A stretch of DNA of 13,461 nucleotides, taken from contig JBMFOP010000082.1 of NCBI GenBank assembly GCA_049969675.1, forward strand, positions 1 through 13,461. Reading direction: 5' to 3'. The first letter of the stretch is position 1. Each line of letters opens with the position of its first letter. The DNA is from Myxococcota bacterium. GTDB taxonomy: Bacteria; Myxococcota; SpSt-1050. Of the stretch, positions 8,334 through 13,461 are shown piece by piece. The notes beneath the pieces were generated by a model. The model saw only the letters and a list, made by a program, of their open reading frames with translations, did no database searches and was not told the DNA's origin. A program made the position numbers and the translations under genes.

Positions 8334-9887
8334 ATGGACTTTATGAGCTCTATTGAGTTCTTGAGATTTGAGGAGTTTTCCAAAGGGATAATTTCAGTCT
8401 ATAATGAGGAGCAGCTCATCAGAATTACAGCAAACACACTAAAGGCAATATTTGGGGGATATTACTATTCTATAAGACTCTTCTCTGAGAGAGAGAAGAA
8501 GATAACATCCACCATTGCAGAGGGGCCTGTAATCCATTCTGACCTCTCTATCATCAGAATAAAGGAGAATACCGCCAGAAAGATGGGTGTATATCATAGT
8601 CCAGAATATTATGGAGAGGTCGTTCAATATACTGAGAAGTATCATCATATCTTCAGAGATACTATGGATGGGACGGGCACGCCCGTCGTATTTAAAGGTG
8701 AATTGATGGGAATAATCAACCTTGAGAGCCCGGATTCTGAGTTGAGACCTGAGGATAAGCTCCTGATGATACTATTTGCCAATCAGCTTGCTGTCTCAGT
8801 CAACAATATCAGGTTGCTCTACAGGACAGAGATTTATAGAAAGTTCCTCTATGGAATCATTGATAATGCCGGTGTTTTGATATCTGTGGTTGACGCCGAT
8901 GGAAAGGTAGTCTTAATAAACAGATTCTTCAAAGATAAGATTGGTATGGAATTTAGAGATATCATAGGCAGGCCGGTGATAGGATTCTTCCCCGCCTCAG
9001 AGAGATTGAAGCTGTACAGGGCATTTTTGAGACTCAAATCAGAGAAGATTGAGAGAGTAAATCTCACACTGCTCTCCAAACAGGAGGGTCGTGAATTCAG
9101 TATGAATATGACACTATCTTCCCTCAAAGATGCAGCGGGGGAGTTACAATATATAGTGGCAATTGGTATGGATGTAACAGAATTTCTGGATCTCAAGAGT
9201 CAGTTTGAGGATGCACGAAGGCTTGCTACCATTGGGGAGTTTGTCTCACAGATATCACACGAACTGAATAACCCCATTACCTCTATTAAGGTCTATTCGG
9301 AATATGTAAAGAAGAGACTCTCCTCTGGCAATTTTGCAGTATCCGATATATCTGAGAAGATTGAACGGATTGAGACCACCATTGACCGCATACAGTATTT
9401 TGTAAAATCAATAGTGACATATGCAAAGCCATTCTCCGAGGAGAGAGAGAGAGTTAAGCTCGCAAACCTATTCAATCAGGCTCTCTACTTCTGTCAATAT
9501 CTCATTGAGAAGAAGGAGATAGAGACAGTGATGAGGGTAGATCAGAATATATTCTTAAATTGTTATCCAAATCAACTTTCACAGGCGATTGTCAATCTCA
9601 TTACAAACGCCATTCAGGCGATGGAGAAGGGCGGTAGGCTCAACATTGATGGGAAGTTAGAGGACGGTATGGTTGTAATAACTGTGAGTGATACAGGGAA
9701 GGGGATGTCAGAGGAGGTAAAAAAGAAGGTCTTTGAACCGTTCTTCTCTACCAGAAAGGCTGAGGGCGGGGTGGGTCTGGGACTTACCATTGTAAAAAAT
9801 GCCATTCTGGCACACAACGGCAGAATAGAGCTTGAGAGTGAGGAGGGGAAGGGGACGACATTCAGGATATTTATCAGGGATGAGTGA
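8334..9887 (+). CDS. GAF-PAS sensor histidine kinase
   Basis: GAF-like N-terminus (LMGIINLES...FANQLAV), PAS (VVDADGKVVLINR), H-box ISHELNNP, N-box NLITNAIQA, G1 DTGKG, F box FEPFFST and G2 GVGLGL. Confidence 0.93.
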   Translation: MDFMSSIEFLRFEEFSKGIISVYNEEQLIRITANTLKAIFGGYYYSIRLFSEREKKITSTIAEGPVIHSDLSIIRIKENTARKMGVYHSPEYYGEVVQYTEKYHHIFRDTMDGTGTPVVFKGELMGIINLESPDSELRPEDKLLMILFANQLAVSVNNIRLLYRTEIYRKFLYGIIDNAGVLISVVDADGKVVLINRFFKDKIGMEFRDIIGRPVIGFFPASERLKLYRAFLRLKSEKIERVNLTLLSKQEGREFSMNMTLSSLKDAAGELQYIVAIGMDVTEFLDLKSQFEDARRLATIGEFVSQISHELNNPITSIKVYSEYVKKRLSSGNFAVSDISEKIERIETTIDRIQYFVKSIVTYAKPFSEERERVKLANLFNQALYFCQYLIEKKEIETVMRVDQNIFLNCYPNQLSQAIVNLITNAIQAMEKGGRLNIDGKLEDGMVVITVSDTGKGMSEEVKKKVFEPFFSTRKAEGGVGLGLTIVKNAILAHNGRIELESEEGKGTTFRIFIRDE

Positions 9888-10641
9888 TATTGATTTAAAA
9901 AAGGGCTTTGAATTATCTGGCGGTTTTAAGGAGGGGATCCTGCTTTTGCATGGGTTTACCGGGACACCTTATGAGATGAAGCCCGCAGGAGATTATTTCT
10001 TTCGTCGCGGCTTTAATGTATTCTGCCCGGCCCTTAAGGGACATGGCACAACAGAAGATGAGCTGAATAAATGTAGCTTTTATGACTGGATTGAATCTGC
10101 AGAGTTGGGACTGAGATACCTCAAAGAAAAATCAGAAAATATCTATATACTGGGTCTCTCAATGGGGGGGCTTATAGCACTCAAACTGGCAGCGGTGCAC
10201 AGAGAGATTAAAAAGGTGATTGTAATTGCCTCCCCTCTCTACTTAAGAGGTGAAAATAATCTTTTTGTGCAGGCGACAAGAATTCCAATATTTAGATATC
10301 TGATAAAATCTGTAACAAAACCGGAGCCCAGAGATGAGAGATACAGACGAATCTGGAGAGAGAATCCCTCTTATAGAGGTGTTCCAACAAGGGCATCTTA
10401 TGAATTTTATAGACTTATGCAGAATGTGAGGGTGAGTCTTAAGGATGTTGCTCAGAGTATAATGCTTGTCTATTCAAGGGATGATATGGATGTGCACTTT
10501 GGGAATCTTTCACTTATGATATCTCTAATCGGGAGTAAGGATATATATGTGCATATTGAAAAAAATATGGGACATCTCATAACCCTTGAAGAGAAGAATG
10601 AAGAGGTCTTTGAGAAGATATATAATTTTATACAAAGATAG
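9880..10641 (+). CDS. Alpha/beta-hydrolase, carboxylesterase/monoacylglycerol-lipase-like (Est30/YvaK type)
   Basis: Oxyanion motif LLHGFTG, nucleophile elbow GLSMGG, candidate triad Asp (RDDMDV) and His (MGHLI). Start placed at ATG 9880, giving an 8-nt overlap with the upstream kinase; 253 aa. Confidence 0.88.
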   Translation: MSDIDLKKGFELSGGFKEGILLLHGFTGTPYEMKPAGDYFFRRGFNVFCPALKGHGTTEDELNKCSFYDWIESAELGLRYLKEKSENIYILGLSMGGLIALKLAAVHREIKKVIVIASPLYLRGENNLFVQATRIPIFRYLIKSVTKPEPRDERYRRIWRENPSYRGVPTRASYEFYRLMQNVRVSLKDVAQSIMLVYSRDDMDVHFGNLSLMISLIGSKDIYVHIEKNMGHLITLEEKNEEVFEKIYNFIQR

Positions 10642-10655
10642 AATGGAGGTTTTCT

Positions 10656-12137
10656 ATGGAGAAGAGATATTTACTTGCAATTGACCAGGGGACGACGAGT
10701 TCAAGGGCGATTATATTTGATAGAGAGTTTAATATCGTGAGTGTAGGTCAGAAGGAATTTTCGCAGATATATCCACAGGCTGGATGGGTTGAACACAACC
10801 CCGAGGAGATATGGGAGAGTATTTTATCCTCTATCTCAGACGCCATTTCAAAGGCATCTATAAAAGGAGAGGAGATAGCGGCTATCGGTATTACAAATCA
10901 GAGAGAGACTTCATTCTTCTGGGAGAAGAAGACGCTTAAACCACTTTATAATGCCATAGTCTGGCAGTGCAGGAGGAGTTCCAGCATATGCAATAGGTTA
11001 ATTCAAAAGGGTCTTCAGAAGAAGGTTAGAGATAAGACAGGGCTGGTGCTGGACCCATATTTTAGTTCCACCAAGATTATGTGGTTGTTTGAAAATCATA
11101 AGGATATAAAAAGAGTTGCCGAAGATGGCAGGCTCTCATTTGGGACATCTGATTCATTCGTGCTCTCAAGACTTACCTCAAATGAGGTGCACGCAACAGA
11201 CCCATCAAATGCCTCAAGGACAATGCTTTTTAATATTAAGACCCTTATGTGGGATAAAGAGTTGCTCAGGATATTTAAGATTCCAGAATCAATTCTCCCG
11301 AATGTTTTACCCTCAGCCGGCATATTTGGATATACAAAAGGTCTCTCTGTTCTGCCAGATGGGATTCCAATCTCCGGAATTGCAGGGGACCAGCAGGCGG
11401 CACTCTTTGGGCAGTGTTGCTTTGATGCAGGGAATACCAAGATTACCTATGGCACGGGTGCATTCTTACTTGTAAATACCGGCCAAAAGCTGAAGAGGTC
11501 CAGATATGGTCTCCTCTCAACTGTGGCGTGGCAGATAGGTGATAAGGTTACCTACGCACTTGAAGGCTCGGTATTTATAGCAGGTGCGGTGGTGCAATGG
11601 TTGAGAGATGGATTGAAGATTATTGAAAGGTCTTCGGATGTTGAAAGGCTTATAAATTCAGTTGAAGATTCCAATGGGGTGGTTGTAGTCCCAGCCTTTG
11701 TAGGGCTCGGCGCCCCACACTGGAAGAAAGAGGCTAAGGGGCTTATCTGGGGTATTACGAGAGGAACCACAGCTGCCCATATCGCCAGGGCTGCGGTAGA
11801 ATCAATAGCCCTCCAGTCAAATGATGTAATTGAGGCGATGGAGAGGGATCTGGGAGATAAAATAAGGATCTTAAGAGTTGATGGGGGAGCCGCTGCAAAT
11901 GACTATCTTCTCTCATTTCAGGCATCCATATCCCATAAGATAGTTCATAGGCCCAGGATAGTTGAGACTACAGCGATGGGCGCAGCAATGTTATCAGCGC
12001 TGGGCTCAAACTTTATAAAAGACCTCAAGACCTTAAAAGAGAATTTTATCATTGAAAAGGAGTTTAAGCCATCTATGAAGGCATCCGTGGTAAAGACAAT
12101 AAAATCCAGATGGAATGAGGCAATAAAGAGGGTATGA
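10656..12137 (+). CDS. glpK: Glycerol kinase
   Basis: Motifs AIDQGTTSSRA, GITNQRET, AIVWQCRR, DPYFS, NASRT, AGDQQAALFGQ, TYGTGAF, YALEGS and RVDGG. SD GGAGG at 10645-10649. Confidence 0.97.
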   Translation: MEKRYLLAIDQGTTSSRAIIFDREFNIVSVGQKEFSQIYPQAGWVEHNPEEIWESILSSISDAISKASIKGEEIAAIGITNQRETSFFWEKKTLKPLYNAIVWQCRRSSSICNRLIQKGLQKKVRDKTGLVLDPYFSSTKIMWLFENHKDIKRVAEDGRLSFGTSDSFVLSRLTSNEVHATDPSNASRTMLFNIKTLMWDKELLRIFKIPESILPNVLPSAGIFGYTKGLSVLPDGIPISGIAGDQQAALFGQCCFDAGNTKITYGTGAFLLVNTGQKLKRSRYGLLSTVAWQIGDKVTYALEGSVFIAGAVVQWLRDGLKIIERSSDVERLINSVEDSNGVVVVPAFVGLGAPHWKKEAKGLIWGITRGTTAAHIARAAVESIALQSNDVIEAMERDLGDKIRILRVDGGAAANDYLLSFQASISHKIVHRPRIVETTAMGAAMLSALGSNFIKDLKTLKENFIIEKEFKPSMKASVVKTIKSRWNEAIKRV

Positions 12138-12625
12138 TGATGAGGATACAGTCTCTATCTCTTCTGTTCTCTTCTCTCCTTTTTCTGATGATGGGCTGTT
12201 CTGTAAAACCATATCTGAGGAGCAATGCCTTTTCAGAACTCGGTCTCAATCCTCAGGAGGTCAATAGATGTATCGCCATGTTAGAGGAGGATTCTGTGGA
12301 TTACTTCCTCTGTGAACCAGAGAGTCGGATTTATAAACTCAAGATAATCCCCGCTGACAGTAAGAGTGGTATAATGCAGATTATTAATGAGCAGAATACT
12401 AAAACCGATTCTTTTACAGAGGTCATTGAAGGGAGAATATTGCAGATGAGCATCCCAATAAATTACTCATTTTTACCGGCTGGTGGGATTAAGGCACTCA
12501 AAAGAGGTGAAAAATTATACCTTATAGTCAGATCTGTTGAGGGTGAGAGGAGATTTGTAGATGCCCTCTTTATTATTGATAGATACACCGGCGTATCTAC
12601 CCGGAAGAGAGATAGGTTGAGATGA
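12134..12625 (+). CDS. Hypothetical protein, probable lipoprotein
   Basis: ATGA overlap with the glpK stop. A basic-hydrophobic N-terminus ends in LMMG-C, a lipobox-like motif. No family recognised. Confidence 0.65.
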   Translation: MMMRIQSLSLLFSSLLFLMMGCSVKPYLRSNAFSELGLNPQEVNRCIAMLEEDSVDYFLCEPESRIYKLKIIPADSKSGIMQIINEQNTKTDSFTEVIEGRILQMSIPINYSFLPAGGIKALKRGEKLYLIVRSVEGERRFVDALFIIDRYTGVSTRKRDRLR

Positions 12626-12688
12626 CCGGAAGGTAGTCATTATTCACCATAAGTTAGAAATAAAAACCTGCCAAATTTAACAACTCCA

Positions 12689-12702
12689 ATGAAGGCGTGG
12701 TG
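12689..12702. repeat. Right subterminal inverted repeat (IRr) of the IS1111-type element
   Basis: ATGAAGGCGTGGTG is the reverse complement of 13087-13100 with one mismatch. Confidence 0.85.
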
Positions 12703-12706
12703 TCAA
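12701..12706 (-). promoter_or_regulatory. Outward-facing -35 box (TTGACA) of the IS circle-junction promoter
   Basis: Perfect TTGACA on the minus strand at the inner edge of IRr, the known IS1111/IS110 layout. Confidence 0.7.
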
Positions 12707-13041
12707 ACACTTTCGTCATTAAGCAGATCACAATTTATTAGATGTGCCAATACCTGTGAATCTATCCAGTCTGTCTTTATCTTTGCCTCCACTATTGCCT
12801 TTACCATCATCGGGTGCGCCAATCTCACATCCTCAATTACATCCTCTAAATATTCATACATCATCGTCCAATTCCCTGTTGCCTCCATCAATCCCCTCAT
12901 CTCATTCTCAACCAGACTTACAAACTTCTTCAAATCTTCCCTGTTATTATACACCTTACCTCGCCAGACAACTTTCCCCTTCTCATCAATAGGTGTGCAA
13001 TAACTAAATCCTTTGTGATAATCAACTCCTGAATAATTTAT
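12703..13041 (-). pseudogene. Truncated IS110-family transposase (N-terminal DEDD/RuvC-like domain only)
   Basis: The frame is open from ATA at 13041 (probable mutated ATG, 8 nt after AAAGGA): INYSGVDYHKGFSYC...LMEATGNW...LAHPMMVKAIVEAKIKTDWIDSQVLAHL...stop, 112 aa. D (GVD), E (EAT) and D..D (KTDWID) are all present. The C-terminal domain is absent. Confidence 0.9.
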
Positions 13042-13086
13042 GGTGCAATTCCTTTAAATAGGTGGTTATTTTATCATACTTTCATT

Positions 13087-13100
13087 CACCCCGCCTTCAT
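13087..13100. repeat. Left subterminal inverted repeat (IRl) of the IS1111-type element
   Basis: CACCCCGCCTTCAT is the reverse complement of 12689-12702 with one mismatch. Confidence 0.85.
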
Positions 13101-13104
13101 TATA
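13099..13104 (-). promoter_or_regulatory. -10 box (TATAAT) of the IS circle-junction promoter
   Basis: Perfect TATAAT on the minus strand at the outer edge of IRl, pointing into the transposase. Confidence 0.7.
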
Positions 13105-13107
13105 TCT

Positions 13108-13285
13108 TATTCTTCCCACATACGGTGTAGATAAAGTAAAGTAGCTCTCAACTTCTACTCTGCCTTTTTCAACAGTCCAGTATTCATAGGTCCAAACATA
13201 CAAATGCTTATCAGCAAAAGCCTCAGAAGTAAGACAAAATATTAAAGCAAAAATAACAGGTGAAACTACATATTAGTGTTTCCAT
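13108..13285 (-). pseudogene. Frameshifted, truncated gene for a secreted or outer-membrane protein
   Basis: GGAGG (13296-13292) lies 6 nt before ATG (13285). After METL, a shifted frame reads YVVSPVIFALIFCLTSEAFA-DKHLYVWTYEYWTVEKGRVEVESYFTLSTPYVGRI and then runs into the IS end. It has a signal peptide with an AFA cleavage motif. The mature start recalls DUF6662-type proteins (from memory, unverified). Confidence 0.6.
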
Positions 13286-13324
13286 ATCTGTCCTCCATTC
13301 TTTACTTTGAAAGCTGTCAATGTC

Positions 13325-13443
13325 GCCTAATGTTTCCAGCATAAAAGAAGTTTTTGCAGAGCAAAAATTTGGGTGGGTGCCGTAAGGGATGAACCTTTTA
13401 CCCGCCTGCCATAGCCAAGCGGCGGGCAGGTGCTGTGTTATAC
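13325..13443 (-). repeat. Degenerate attC-like recombination site
   Basis: Minus strand: GTATAAC-A-CAGCA[30-nt insert]TAAAAG...CTTTTATGCTG-GAAAC-ATTAGGC. There is an AAC box at one end and a GTTRRRY-like box with G>A at the other. An 11-bp perfect stem appears once the insert is removed. Inner hairpin TTTTTGC-AGA-GCAAAAA at 13351-13367. Confidence 0.55.
13401..13430. repeat. 30-nt GC-rich REP-like hairpin inserted into the attC-like stem
   Basis: CCCGCCTGCC-ATAGCCAAGC-GGCGGGCAGG has imperfectly complementary arms. It splits CTTTTA|TGCTG, the exact complement of CAGCATAAAAG (13337-13347). Confidence 0.6.
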
Positions 13444-13461
13444 GCCGGCGAACGAAGTGAG

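Larger units (their letters stand above)
12686..13107 (-). mobile_element. Internally deleted IS1111-subgroup (IS110 family) element, ~422 bp
   Basis: Subterminal inverted repeats ATGAAGGCGTGGTG (12689-12702) and CACCCCGCCTTCAT (13087-13100) match at 13/14 and enclose a DEDD transposase fragment. Ends were placed with the IS1111 rule (3 nt outside IRr, 7 nt outside IRl). A CT dinucleotide is present at both boundaries (12684-12685, 13106-13107). Confidence 0.85.

Noticed and set aside
461..11770. Many minus-strand ORFs (e.g. 461-769, 1609-1860, 4348-4806, 7226-7732, 8849-9196, 11096-11440) and the + strand ORF 11116-11475
   Set aside because: They are shadow frames of well-supported + strand genes, mostly Ser/Ile/Phe-rich as expected for the antisense of a purine-rich coding strand, and contain no recognisable motifs.
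12689..13003. + strand ORFs 12689-13003 and 12744-12992
   Set aside because: They are antisense to the IS110 transposase fragment. The first simply starts at the ATG within IRr.
13042..13086. Bridge RNA in the left non-coding end of the IS
   Set aside because: Only about 45 nt separate IRl from the transposase start, too short for a bridge RNA. In IS1111-type elements the RNA lies downstream, in the part that appears deleted.
128..13460. Inverted 11-mers at both window ends as termini of one large transposon
   Set aside because: The match is short, lies inside local hairpins, has no visible target duplication and encloses housekeeping-type genes. A dispersed repeat explains it better.
1..13461. 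CRISPR array, tRNA or rRNA genes
   Set aside because: No regularly spaced direct repeats or recognisable structural RNA genes were seen, and non-coding space is limited to the two ends.

Overview
Most of the window (546-12625, + strand) is ten tightly packed, often overlapping genes that look like one operon. In order they encode a HycI/HybD-type hydrogenase maturation protease, an MglA-like small-GTPase domain fused to a long coiled coil, a GAF-GAF histidine kinase, larB, larC, an atypical REC-GAF-PAS-HisKA protein with no ATPase domain, a GAF-PAS histidine kinase, an alpha/beta-hydrolase, glpK and a probable lipoprotein. The gene content suggests a Myxococcota/deltaproteobacterial genome (inference only). 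The last ~800 bp are layered mobile DNA that the ORF track mostly misses. It holds a ~422-bp internally deleted IS1111-type (IS110 family) element with intact subterminal inverted repeats and perfect TTGACA and TATAAT half-promoters at opposite ends. Next to it are a frameshifted, truncated secreted-protein gene and an attC-like stem-loop interrupted by a 30-nt REP-like hairpin. The 5' intergenic region carries a related hairpin cluster and the probable start of a divergent gene. All family assignments come from motif recognition by eye; no database searches were run.
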